From Macrostomum lignano (Eukaryota), in assembly GCA_002269645.1 (NCBI GenBank), contig NIVC01000651.1, positions 1 to 64,000 on the forward strand: DNA of 64,000 nt. The letters are read 5' to 3'. Below are positions 1 through 11,978 of the stretch, piece after piece; position 1 is the first letter of the stretch; every line of letters starts with the position of its first letter. The notes below the pieces were generated by a model. It searched no databases. It was not told the DNA's origin and saw only the letters and a program-made list of their open reading frames with translations. Made by a program: the position numbers and the translations under genes.

Positions 1-350
1 TTCAGGATTAACTTTGAGACTCGAAATTTTACACGATTGTGTCAAAATAGTGAAAATTGATTGTGTCAAATTTGAAGAGGATCGGTAGAAGTGGAGCGGC
101 GCTATGGAGGCTTTAGTAAAAAAATCGCGCATTTTGAGCAGTTTTTTGCACTTTTAGGTAGAAAGACTCAAGTTTAGGAAATTTAAAGGTAGCCTAAGAC
201 ATTCTCCGTAGTGAGTTTAGGGTGGATGTAAAATTTGGTGTCATTTGGTTGAGCGGTTTGGGAGTCCATAGCGATCAAAATTGTCCACACACAGACAGAC
301 ACACACACAGACACACACACAGAGTTTTGATTTTTATAGTTAGAGACAAG
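1..350. mobile_element. 3' part of a probable non-autonomous Helitron/Helentron-like interspersed element, truncated by the window start
   Basis: AAATTTG(A/G)...CGG motifs followed by a (CAGA/CA)n microsatellite at about 286-322 and a TTTTTATAGTTAGAG tail, a layout resembling Lep1/HINE-type elements. A 7-bp GC hairpin (CCGGGGA/TCCCCGG, 376-396) lies just downstream. Family call is by resemblance only. Confidence 0.3.
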
Positions 351-617
351 CTGTTGAAACCCGCGGATTTTGAACCCGGGGAATTCCAATCCCCGGAACT
401 ATTTTTGCATGTATTCTGAAATCTGAGCCCATACTCAAACAAAAACTTGTTAATAGTTAGGATGGAGTTAAACATAAAATAGAGTGTACATTCGTGTAAA
501 ATTAGCATTTGAAGCAAGCATTGATATTGTTGGCTGGGGGGTACTGCACAGAATGTCAGGCAAACTCTGGCCTCTGCCTCCGCCTCTACCTATGTCCCTT
601 GCATCCTTTGAAACTTC

Positions 618-1655
618 CATTTTTTCTGTTTCCTATCTTCTCTCTCGGCTCTTCTCTCTCTCTCCTCTTATCTCTTCTTTCTTCTCTCCTCTGTCCTCTC
701 TCCTCTCTCCCCTCTTCTCTCTATTCTTTTTTTCTCCTCTCCTCTCTTCTCTCTGGTCTCTCATATCTTCTTTCTCCTCTTTTATCTCTTCTCATTTCTC
801 TCTGCTCTCTACTCTCTCTCTCCCTCTCCCCTCTTCTCACTCCTTACTCTACCCTCTCTCAACACTTCCCTCGTCTCTACTCTCTCCTTTTCCTCTCTTC
901 TCTCAACTCTCATTTTTCCTCTCTTCTCTCAACTCTCTCCTCTCCTCTGTCCGCTCTCTGCTCTCATCTCTTCTATCGTCTCTTCCCTCACCTCCCTTCT
1001 CTCTCGTCTTTGCTCTCTTATCTCTCATATCTCTTCTTTTATCTTCTCTCTCTCTCTTATCTTTTCTCATTTCTATCTTCTCTCTCTCTCCCCTCTCTCT
1101 CTCCTCTCATCTCTCTGCTCTCTCCTGTCCTATCTCTCTTCTCTCTAATCTCTTCCCTCTTTCCTCTCCTCTCTCGTCCTTTTCACCAGTTTCACTGTCC
1201 TCTAGATTCTCTCCATTCCCCTCCTCTCTCTTCACTCACTTCTCATCTCTCCCCTGTCTCCACCTCTCATCTATTATTTCATATCTCTCCTCTTTTCTTT
1301 CTACTCTCCCATCTCTCGTCTGTTCACTCTCGTTTCTGCTCTCTCATCTCCCCTCTCTCATCTCTCATCTTTACTCTCATATGTTCCCTCACCTCTCTCT
1401 TGTACTCATCTCTTTCCCCTTTTTTTGACTCAGGACTCTCTTTCCTTTCTTATTTCTTCTCGTCTCTTCTCTTCTCTCTTCTATACTCTCCCTCTCTTGT
1501 CTTCTCTCTTCTCTCTCCACTCTCCTCTCTTCTCTCTTATATCGTCTGTTCACTCTCATCTTTGCTCCCTCATTCCCCTCTCTCTTCTGTCATCTCTACT
1601 CTCCTCTCTACTGTGTACTCTTCTCTTCCCCTCTTCTGACTCCTCTCTTTCCTTA
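618..1655 (+). repeat. About 1-kb aperiodic polypyrimidine (CT-rich) low-complexity tract
   Basis: Almost exclusively C/T on the + strand. The S/L-rich ORFs 484..1428 and 509..1639 are artefacts of it. It lies in the presumed NDUFA12 intron. Confidence 0.95.
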
Positions 1656-2148
1656 CTTAGAATGTTGCCAAATTATTGTGCAAATGCAAAATGATGTTAT
1701 TTGGATCATCAAAATGAGAGATATAACCAAAAGTAACATTGCTTTTGGGAACCCCTTGTATATACAAAAGTGATTGGATTAGTTTGGTGTCATTATTTAC
1801 ACAAAGTGAGTGTTTATACTAGCCATTAGCAATGTAATGGGCCACAGCAACTGAGGATCTGGGAGGCTGGCCCAGCAACTTAGGATCTGGGTCTTATAAA
1901 TTTTCTGATATTTGATTATATGATTCATAATTTAGGTTTGCAAAAATAAATTATTGAATTCCTTTTTTACGAGTATATTATAATTATTTTGATCAAACCA
2001 AATTATAAAAAGTTAAAAGAAATTTAAAATTGCATTCTGTTTCACTTGTATGTCCTCAACCATTGGTATGGGTATACTATACATGTAAGCATGTGAATGC
2101 AGTTGAGAATTCAGCCTTGTCTTCTCTCCCACCTGCCATTTCTCACAG

Positions 2149-2487
2149 CACTGACGAGCTGAAGTGGGCAAGCTGGTCGGAGAGGACAAGTATGGCAACA
2201 AGTACTTCGAGAACAACGAGTACTTCCTCGGCAGGAACCGCTGGGTGCACTATGCGCCCAAGCACGGGCTTGAGTACGACGGCTCCCAGATCCCATCCGA
2301 GTGGCACCGCTGGCTGCACAGCATGACAGACGACCCGCCCAACAAGGTGCCGCCCTCTCCGCAGCACAAATGGTTGGCCGACCACGAGCAAAATCCCAGT
2401 GGAGTTAATCCCAGGCGCGAGTACGTGCCCTACTCAACCACGCGTCCAAAGATCGAGGCTTGGAAGCCGCCGTCCAAGCCGCTGTAA
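2149..2487 (+). CDS. NDUFA12: NADH:ubiquinone oxidoreductase subunit A12 (B17.2), terminal coding exon; first exon is upstream of the window; apparent 1-bp deletion near 2162-2164
   Basis: Translation GKLVGEDKYGNKYFENNEYFLGRNRWV...DGSQIPSEWHRWLHSMTDDPP...YVPYSTTRPKIEAWKPP matches the NDUFA12 family. Acceptor TTCTCACAG ends at 2148, stop TAA at 2485-2487, AATAAA at 2681-2686. Confidence 0.95.
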
Positions 2488-4310
2488 TGAGCAAAGCGAG
2501 GCTCGCCTTTGAGTCTGTTAAACTCTTAGTAACGTTAGCCGTTAGCTTCTTGCGCACTCGGAACTCTACTCTTACAGAATTTGATCTGCGCGAGCTCTCT
2601 GCACAGCGCAGTTATTATCCTGTCCCCTATTGTTTATTTCCCCCTCGACACCGATTGCCCTCCAGTTTTCAGCAAAGAGAAATAAATATACGTAGGTGTG
2701 CTCGCCGAGTGTGGAAATGCTCTGCAGTCTAACCGCTGTCATTAGATTATTATAACAGTTAGTTAACCTTAGAAATAACAACCTGTTTTTGGTAACTTTT
2801 TAATTTAGTTGTTAAGTGAATCTTACCAGCTTGCATACATCGTACATAATTGGCTGGATATTTAGCTGCTGGTATTTTTGTTTGTCAACAATTTTTTAGT
2901 GCTTTTAGAGCAAGCGCATTGACACTGGGCAGGGGCAGGCATCGGAATTTTCCATGCACTACTGCGAGTAGTACGTGCTGCTTTGGTAGTGTGGATTCAC
3001 GGTTTACTCTATAGAAACTTACACGCGTTAAGCTTAAAGAATATTATCGTCTGCAGTTGGTTTTCCGAATCGCCAGAATAAAGTTGGAAATATTTAGGGG
3101 CGTGTCATAAATAACAAGCACTCGCATGCCTTCCATTGAAGGCCTCTAAATTGACTCGGATAAGTTTTTCAACCCGGCGGTCAAGGCGCCGATAAACATG
3201 TACAGCCATTAACATCACAAGAATTGGACTCAAATAATTGCAGCGGTGTGAGCGAGTCTGAGTAAACTCATTTTATTCCAAATCCAGATTACAAAAAACA
3301 GCTGTCTAAAAGTTAGTTTTAAGCTTTCTTCGTCTAATATGAAAGCCAGCCTTGGTGCCAATCGCAGAGTTCAAATGTTGCAATATAAATGTATTAATGC
3401 TGTGCTTTGTTTCCCAATATGAATAGTGCTAACCTGACATGAAGAGGGTCCAAACGGTCAATGTTCAAGTTGTTAAGATGCAAATCCTCAGAGTTGTTAA
3501 GATGCCAATTCTAAAGAGGAGTTGTTGAGATGCCAATGCTCGAGCAGAGTTCTTGAGATGCCTTTCAAGGGGAGTTGTTGAGATGCCAATGAGTTGTTGT
3601 CAAGCCGAGGTTCAAAAGTAAATAGTTGCGAATCGCCGCAGGGCGAATATGTCTTGCATTTGTACAATAAATAGTTGCTAATCTTTGTTTTTATACGCAT
3701 TTCCTAGAGAGAAATTCAACTTGTACTAAAATTCTACATGTGCGAGCGTATTTTAAAAACCCACTAAAGTACAAGAGAAGAAAGAATATTTTGTTGCACT
3801 TTACAAACTTGAAACAGCTCAGTCGATGTCGTACCGAAATTTAAATTTCCGCTATTAGCGTGATTAGCACCTGTTCCATCCACAAACAAAGAAACAAAGA
3901 CCTGCAAGCGAAAACAAATTGTGAGCAAAAATCTGCCGCACAGAGCACTGCGATGTCCAATGCAGAACAAGAAATGCACTTTTGTTTATTTTTGATAAGG
4001 AGACATCTCATCTGTGCGCGACCCGCCTGACGGGGAGGCGAACGAGCTGTGGATAGAAAAACAGTTGCAGAGAAAGCAGAATCGCGAGCGGCTGTCATAG
4101 CAGCTGGATAGCAAGCTGATTGGGCAGTTTAGGGCTGGGTGTGCAGCTCTCAGAACTCAGGCCGCGGGTTTAGGGGAGACTGCAAAGGGCGAATCTTCAG
4201 AGTTAAAAAGAATGGGCGAATGCCGGCCCTGGCGTGTCTCTGGCGAGGGCCAAACAGATGGGAAATGGAGTGGTTGGCATCAGCCCAGCCAGAACGGGCT
4301 CGGCAGGCGC

Positions 4311-7300
4311 TTACTTGGCTGCCGCGGCCTTCTTGGCCTGAATCATCCGCACCAACTCCTTGTAGCGGACCATGCAGTCCCGCTTGGTCCGGCTGCCCAC
4401 GGCGGAGGCCACGCGGTCCCAGCGGTCCGGGTCGCTGGCCGGGAATTTCCTCAGCGCGGCCTCCAGCAGCCGCTGCTCCTCGGCGCTCCACGGCGTTGGC
4501 ACGCAAGCGGGGTCCCGCTGCGAGATGTCCGAGTCCGCAGTTGCCGCCGCAGCCGCCGCTGTTGTCGCTTTGGCCGCCTCGGCAGCGACTCGGCCGGCGG
4601 CTTGTCTACGGGGTTCGGGAAGGTCGCGGCGTGAACGACAGGACTGACACACCAGCTGCAATTGTACTGACACACCAGCTGCAAGTGTACTGACACACCA
4701 GCTGCAAGTGTACTGACACACCAGCTGCAAGTGTACTGACACACCAGCTGCAAGTGTACTGACACACCAGCTGCAAGTGTACTGACACACCAGCTGCAAG
4801 TGTACTGACACACCAGCTGCAAGTGTACTGACACACCAGCTGCAAGTGTACTGACACACCAGCTGCAAGTGTACTGACACACCAGCTGCAAGTGTACTGA
4901 CACACCAGCTGCAAGTGTACTGACACACCAGCTGCAAGTGTACTGACACACCAGCTGCAAGTGTACTGACACACCAGCTGCAAGTGTACTGACACACCAA
5001 CTGCAAGTGTACTGACACACCAGCTGCAAGTGTACTGACACACCAGCTGCAAGTGTACTGACACACCAGCTGCAAGTGTACTGACACACCAGCTGCAAGT
5101 GTACTGACACACCAGCTGCAAGTGTACTGACACACCAGCTGCAAGTGTACTGACACACCAGCTGCAAGTGTACTGACACACCAGCTGCAAGTGTACTGAC
5201 ACACCAGCTGCAAGTGTACTAACACACCAGCTGCAAGCACACAGTCATACTGTCAACAGCACCTGTGTAGATGCCTGTCTCACCTGTTAGCCTCGGCTCT
5301 GAGCGCATCGTCCGACGAATTTTTTGCGAGCTCCTTCGCCTTGCGCAGAGCCGACTTCGCGTCAACCTCCACCACGGGCTGTTGCGGCTGCTGCATCGGC
5401 GCCGAGGTGGCCGCTGCCGCCTCCCAGTGGGCGTTGACGTATTCTGCCACCTTTTCCCACCGGGCCCCGGTGCCTGCCGGGAACAGCTTCACAGCCTTCA
5501 CCAGGGCGCACAGCTGACCGTAATTCCATTGCGACTCTGCAGGAGGCCGATTGGGGATTTCGAACTGCTGGGATAAATAAAAACCGCAACCACTCCGTCC
5601 CATTGACTGCCAGTCTCCGCCCCCACCCACTGAGTGCCTGCTTTCCGCCCCGCCCTTTGCTCCACTGACCGCCTGCCCCGCCGCTATCCGCCGCAGCCGC
5701 CTGCTTTCGCTCCTTCTGCTGCACCGCTGCCGCCTCCGTTTCGGCCCGCCGCCTCTCGCGGAGCTCCGTCACGGCGGCCTCCAGTAGAGGCCCGGCAGCA
5801 CCGTCAGTAGCGCCGGCCAAGCGGTCTCGCAGCTGCATCAGCTCTCCAGCCTCCAGACCGTCAGCCAGCAGCCCGACCGCCTCCATGCGGGCCACCCGCA
5901 CGGAGTCGGCGTCGCCAGCGGTCAAGAAGAAGTCGGCCGACTTGGCGAGCGCACGGAAAGCCTTACGGGCCTCCTTCAACGCCTTTTTGACGGCCTCGCG
6001 GTCCCGGCGCTGCCGCTCTGCCTCCGCGCGGGCCGCCGCCTCAGCGGCCTCCTCGGCAGCCCGACGCGCTGCCGCAGCCTCTGCTTCGGCTGCCTCGGCG
6101 GCTCGCCTGCGCTGTTCGGCGGCCTCCGCCTTGGCCTGCGGGAGGAACGGGATTTATTCCTGAATAATTTCTGAAGCAGCATCAAAGGTGGGAATCCGAT
6201 AAACTGAGAGCGACTGCGCACCTGCTTGGCCTTCTGCTTGGCGCGGGCCTCCTCTTCCTTGAACCTGGCCAGTCGCGGGTCGCAGTCCCGCGCCGCGTCC
6301 ACCAGGCCGCGCAGCCGCCGCGTCTCATCACGCCGTCGTCGCTGCCGGGCCTCGCGATTCTGGCGCTCGATCCAGCGGCGCTCCTCGCGATTCTCACCCT
6401 TCTCCTTGTCCTCCTCGTCCAGGTAGGAGAACTCCCGCCAGGAGTCGAAGTCGTACCAGAACGAATAAAAATCCTCGACTGTCTCGCGCGAGTCCGAGCT
6501 AGTGCCGAGCTGCGGCACCGGCTGGCGCCGGGACCAGCGCGAGTTGGCCGCAAAGGCCGGGCCGAAAACGGCGAAGAAGTCGGCGCCGCCGCGGGTGACG
6601 TCGCTCGCCGTCGGGACGGTGTTGTCGAATTGCGGATCGACGCTGTCATATGCGCGTCGTCGGTCGCGACTGCCAAGCGTTTCCCAGGCTGTTTGGGCGG
6701 TCGGCAAGAGATCCGAATGTTGAAAATACTAGGGAGATGGGAAACCCAGGTGGGCAATGGGACTCACGGACATGGGGAATCCAGGTGGGCAATGGGACTC
6801 ACGGACATGGGGAATCCAGATGGGCAATGGGACTCACGGACATGGGGAATCCAGATGAGCAATGGGACTCACGGACATGGGGAATCCGAATGGGCAATGG
6901 GACTCACGGACATGAGGATTCCAGGTGGGCAATGGGACTCACGGACATGAGGATTCCAAGTGGTCAATGGGACTCAGGAATGAGTCCATGTGGAGAATGG
7001 GACTCAGAGGAATGAGTCCATGTGGAGAATGGGACTCAGATGAGCAAAGCCCTGTCGCTTCCTCACCCCTGGTGATGCAGGTGAAGTAGTCCGTGCTCTC
7101 GTCAGCCACCACCTCGCCCCGAGCTTTCCGCTTGTCCGGGTGGTGCTTCAACACCATGCGACGGTCTGGAAATTCGGAGACGCTGCTCTGCATTGCGTTG
7201 TCATCAGCAAGTCCCTCTCAGTCTAATTCTCCAGTTGATCATACATAGGGCGTAGAATTCATATTCTTCATATTCTTAGTGTCGCAACGAACGTCTCCAC

Positions 7301-9032
7301 TGCTCTTAATTCGCTACCTTATCTATGTTGCTTGACATCTTTGTAAGCTAAATGTCCCCAAAAGTGAGATCCGCGTCACATTCCTTACTTGCAAGGCGAT
7401 TTAATATATAAATATATATGCTGCTCAAATCTACTGATTCTTCCATGCTACTGACCCTTTCCATACTACTGACCCTATCCATACTACTGACCCTTTCCAT
7501 ACTACTGGCCCTTTCCATACTACTGACCCTTTCCATACTACTGGCCCTATCCATACTACTGACCCTTTCCATACTACTGACCCTTTCCATACTACTGGCC
7601 CTTTCCATACTACTGACCCTTTCCATACTACTGGCCCTATCCATACTACTGGCCCTTTCCATGCTACTGGCCCTTTCCATACTACTGGCCCTTTCCATAC
7701 TACTGGCCCTTTCTCTACTACTGGCCCATTCCATACTACTGGCCCTTTCCATACTACTGGCCCTATCCATACTACTGGCCCTTTCCATGCTACTGACCCT
7801 TTCCATACTACTGGCCCTTTCCATACTACTGGCCCTTTCTCTACTACTGGCCCATTCCATACTACTGACCCTTTCCATACTACTGGCCCTATCCATTCTA
7901 CTGACCCTTTCCATACTACTGGCCCTATCCATTCTACTGGCCCTTTCCATACTACTGGCCCTATCCATACTACTGGCCCTTTCCATGCTACTGACCCTTT
8001 CCATACTACTGACCCTTTCCATACTACTGGCCCTTTCTCTACTACTGGCCCATTCCATACTACTGACCCTTTCCATACTACTGGCCCTATCCATTCTACT
8101 GACCCTTTCCATACTACTGGCCCATTCCATACTACTGGCCCTTTCCATACTACTGGCCCTTTCACTACTACTGGCCCATTCCATACTACTGACCCTTTCC
8201 ATACTACTGGCCCATTCCATACTACTGACCCTTTCCATACTACTGGCCCATTCCATACTACTGGCCCTTTCCATACTACTGACCCTTTCCATACTACTGG
8301 CCCTTTCTCTACTACTGGCCCATTCCATACTACTGACCCTTTCCATACTACTGGCCCTATCCATTCTACTGACCCTTTCCATACTACTGGCCCATTCCAT
8401 ACTACTGGCCCTTTCCATACTACTGGCCCTTTCACTACTACTGGCCCATTCCATACTACTGACCCTTTCCATACTACTGGCCCATTCCATACTACTGACC
8501 CTTTCCATACTACTGGCCCATTCCATACTACTGGCCCTTTCCATACTACTGGCCCTTTCACTACTACTGGCCCATTCCATACTACTGACCCTTTCCATAC
8601 TACTGGCCCTATCCATTCTACTGAAACTTTCCATACTACTAACCCTTCCTATACTGCTGGTCCGTTTCAAAACCGGCAATTATTTCATGCTGGTGACCCC
8701 ACCAAGTTCCGTGCGTACTCAAACTCAAACTCTGAGCCAGACTTACAGGCCGTCTTGATATCCCTGTCCGTGGCCTGCCAGCGCATAGTTTTGATTCCCA
8801 GCACAGCGTAGTGGTCCTGGTTCTTCCACTCCTTAGGGTCCAGGCTGCGCAGGAACAGCAGCTCGCGCTCCTCGTCAGCTGGCGACACAGCCGCCTCGGC
8901 GGCCTCGATCTCGGCGTCATCGACAATGGGCTCGTCATCTGGCAGCAGCAGCGGATAACCGGCCAGCTGCCGCAGTTGCCAAACGTCGTGGAAGTGAATG
9001 TAGGGCACCACCGACTGCGGCTGGGAAACCAT
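4311..9032 (-). CDS. DNAJC2: DnaJ homolog subfamily C member 2 (MPP11/zuotin-like: J domain, ZHD/middle domain, two SANT domains), about 634 aa
   Basis: Exons 9032-8747, 7165-7067, 6688-6222, 6135-5631, 5536-5284, 4605-4311 (1905 nt, in frame, all GT-AG). Motifs [94 protein letters not shown]...[14 protein letters not shown]. Strong Kozak gccacATGG. The 5537-5630 and 4606-5283 intron boundaries are inferred from phase. Confidence 0.93.
4643..5237. repeat. Intronic minisatellite, 23-nt unit (TACTGACACACCAGCTGCAAGTG), about 25 copies, DNAJC2 last intron
   Basis: Near-perfect tandem copies read directly; the 23-aa ORF periodicity equals 3 x 23 nt. Confidence 0.95.
6749..7040. repeat. Intronic minisatellite, 35-nt unit (GGGCAATGGGACTCACGGACATGGGGAATCCAGGT), DNAJC2 intron
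   Basis: About 6 good copies plus decayed copies. Confidence 0.9.
7436..8655. repeat. Intronic minisatellite, 18-nt unit (CCATACTACTGGCCCTTT and variants), over 60 copies with higher-order variant pattern, DNAJC2 intron
   Basis: Read directly; ORFs 7348..8679, 7418..8758 and 7431..8561 are its 6-aa-periodic translations. Confidence 0.95.
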
Positions 9033-9036
9033 GTGG

Positions 9037-9868
9037 CTGCTGCGGGGTCAGGATTGCGGACTCAAACAAACCTGCTGATTTGGGGTCAGGGCGGACTCAA
9101 ACTAAACCTGCTGATTTGGGGTCAAGGCGGACTCAAACTAAACCTGCTGATTTGGGGTCAAGGCGGACTCAAACTAAACCTGCTGATTTGGGGTCAGGGC
9201 GGACTCACACTAAACCTGCTGATTTGGGGTCAGGGCGGACTCACACTAAACCTGCTGATTTGGGGTCAGGGCGGACTCAAACTAAACCTGCTGATTTGGG
9301 GTCAAGGCGGACTCAAACTAAACCTGCTGATTTGGGGTCAAGGCGGACTCAAACTAAACCTGCTGATTTGGGGTCAGGGCGGACTCACACTAAACCTGCT
9401 GATTTGGGGTCAGGGCGGACTCACACTAAACCTGCTGATTTGGGGTCAGGGCGGACTCAAACAAACCTGCTGATTTGGGGTCAGGGCGGACTCAAACTAA
9501 ACCTGCTGATTTGGGGTCAAGGCGGACTCAAACTAAACCTGCTGATTTGGGGTCAAGGCGGACTCAAACTAAACCTGCTGATTTGGGGTCAGGGCGGACT
9601 CAAACTAAACCTGCTGATTTGGGGTCAGGGCGGACTCACACTAAACCTGCTGATTTGGGGTCAGGGCGGACTCAAACTAAACCTGCTGATTTGGGGTCAG
9701 GGCGGACTCACACTAAACCTGCTGATTTGGGGTCAGGGCGGACTCACACTAAACCTGCTGATTTGGGGTCAGGGCGGACTCACACTAAACCTGCTGATTT
9801 GGGGTCAGGGCGGACTCACACTAAACCTGCTGATTTGGGGTCAGGGCGGACTCACACTAAACCTGCTG
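9037..9868 (-). repeat. 36-nt tandem array that makes up a DNAJC2 5'UTR intron (each unit GTTTAG...CTGAC...CAGCAG on -)
   Basis: About 23 copies. The array starts at donor GCAGCAG|GTTTAG (GT at 9862-9861) and ends at acceptor CCTGACCCCGCAG(CAG), 4-7 nt before the ATG. Confidence 0.85.
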
Positions 9869-10423
9869 CCTAGGGTTCCTTAAAAGAACTCTAATAGAAT
9901 TAAAGATCAACCAAGAAGTGCCAACAAGTCAGCGGGGAGCCAAGGCTACAAACAGCTCTATATTTGGAAACAGGAGCGGTGCTATGTACACAGCAGCAGC
10001 AAATCTTCAGTCTGGCCAACAGCGTGAATGAAAAACACAAAAGCAAAAAGCCAAGCAGCGCTGCTCAACAGAAGCTCAGAAGAAAAGGAAAAAAACCGGG
10101 AAATCCGACAAAAAAAGAGAATAAATTTAAATTTAATCCAACTTAGATAAAAGGAGGTCTCATGTGATTTTAGAAAATAAATTAGTGACGGCACAAGCAG
10201 GCCGCGGCATCCTACCGTACGGCAGTGAAATAGACCGCTTTAAGCATTGAGATAAAAGCCGGGCATCCGCTTAGCAGCATACGGTAGCGAGACTATAAGC
10301 AAAAATATTCGCGCGCGACAGGAGCCCGGAATAACAAACCGACGGCGATATGCATTTCAAATATTGATTTATGAAAATAACACGTGCTGAACAGCCAATC
10401 GCAAAGTTGGTAAAGTACACAGC

Positions 10424-10616
10424 GGGCCGTATGCAGAAAGCCTAGTCCAGACTAGCTAGTCCGGACTTGGGTAGTTCAGTCTATAGTCTATGGTCCAGCT
10501 AGCATAGTTCTGCTATAGTAGACTGGTCTAACTTTGTGTTTCTGCATACCAAATCCAAGTCCAGACTAGCTTTTCAAGACCGGACTACCCTAGACAGAGC
10601 TTTCTGCATACGGCCC
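10424..10616. mobile_element. MITE, 193 bp, with perfect 18-bp terminal inverted repeats
   Basis: GGGCCGTATGCAGAAAGC (10424-10441) and GCTTTCTGCATACGGCCC (10599-10616); internal TAGTCCAGACTAG-type subrepeats; no clear TSD. Confidence 0.7.
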
Positions 10617-10649
10617 ATTGTTTCGGCTAGCCTGGCTTTCTGCCATGTA

Positions 10650-11978
10650 CTGTCTGTGATCTGAGCTGCTGTAAACTGATTCCTGTGATCTGAGCTGCTG
10701 TAAACTGATTACTGTGATCTGAGCTGCTGTAAACTGATTCCTGTGTAACCTGAGCTGCTGTAAACTGATTCCTGTGTAACCTGAGCTGCTGTAAACGGAT
10801 TCCTGTGAACTGAGCTGCTGTAAACTGATTTCTGTGAACTGAACTGCTGTAAACTGATTCCTGTGTAATCTAAGCTGCTGTAAACTGATTCCTGTGTAAC
10901 CTGAGCTGCTGTAAACTGATTCCTGTGATCTGAGCTGCTGTAAACTGATTCCTGTGTAACCTGAGCTGCTGTAAACTGATTCCTGTGTAACCTGAGCTGC
11001 TGTAAACTGATTCCTGTGATCTGAGCTGCTGTAAACTGATTACTGTGATCTGAGCTGCTGTAAACTGATTCCTATGTAACCTGAGCTGCTGTAAACGGAT
11101 TCCTGTGAACTGAACTGCTGTAAACTGATTTCTGTGAACTGAACTGCTGTAAACTGATTCCTGTGTAATCTAAGCTGCTGTAAACTGATTCCTGTGTAAC
11201 CTGAGCTGCTGTAAACTGATTCCTGTGATCTGAGCTGCTGTAAACTGATTCCTGTGTAACCTGAGCTGCTGTAAACTGATTCCTGTGTAACCTGAGCTGC
11301 TGTAAACTGATTCCTGTGATCTGAGCTGCTGTAAACTGATTCCTGTGTAACCTGAGCTGCTGTAAACTGATTCCTGTGATCTGAGCTGCTGTAAACTGAT
11401 TCCTGTGTAATCTGAGCTGCTGTAAACTGATTCCTGTGTAATCTGAGCTGCTGTAAACTGATTCCTGTGATCTGAGCTGCTGTAAACTGATTCCTGTGAT
11501 CTGAGCTGCTGTAAACTGATTCCTGTGATCTGAGCTGCTGTAAACTGATTCCTGTGATCTGAGCTGCTGTAAACTGATTCCTGTGATCTGAGCTGCTGTA
11601 AACTGATTCCTGTGATCTGAGCTGCTGTAAACTGATTCCTGTGATCTGAGCTGCTGTAAACTGATTCCTGTGATCTGAGCTGCTGTAAACTGATTCCTGT
11701 GATCTGAGCTGCTGTAAACTGATTCCTGTGAACTGAACTGCTGTAAACTGATTCCTGTGATCTGAGCTGCTGTAAACTGATTCCTGTGAACTGAACTGCT
11801 GTAAACTGATTCCTGTGATCTGAGCTGCTGTAAACTGATTCCTGTGATCTGAGCTGCTGTAAACTGATTCCTGTGATCTGAGCTGCTGTAAACTGATTCC
11901 TGTGTAATCTGAGCTGCTGTAAACTGATTCCTGTGATCTGAGCTGCTGTAAACTGATTCCTGTGAACTGAGCTGCTGT
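10650..11978. repeat. Intergenic minisatellite, 29/31-nt unit (CTGAGCTGCTGTAAACTGATTCCTGTGAT), about 45 copies
   Basis: Read directly; lies between the DNAJC2 5' end and the VKR 3' end. Confidence 0.95.

Noticed and set aside
484-1694. Long Ser/Leu-rich ORFs
   Set aside because: Translations of the CT-rich tract, which lacks stop codons by composition; no domain or splice support.
3488-3600. Short direct repeats GAGTTGTTGAGATGCC with variable spacers, superficially CRISPR-like
   Set aside because: Repeats are about 16 nt, spacers 3-12 nt and irregular, there are no cas genes, and the context is eukaryotic. It is a decayed tandem repeat.
5537-5630. Apparent frameshift between DNAJC2 ORFs 5362..5979 and 5280..5630
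   Set aside because: Resolved by a canonical 94-nt GT-AG phase-1 intron (A|GTGGGT ... CCTGCAG|AG) that places the SANT start correctly.
7348-8758. 440-aa periodic ORFs on both strands (SMERASS / LLALSI / WKGPVV)
   Set aside because: Translations of the 18-nt array inside a DNAJC2 intron.
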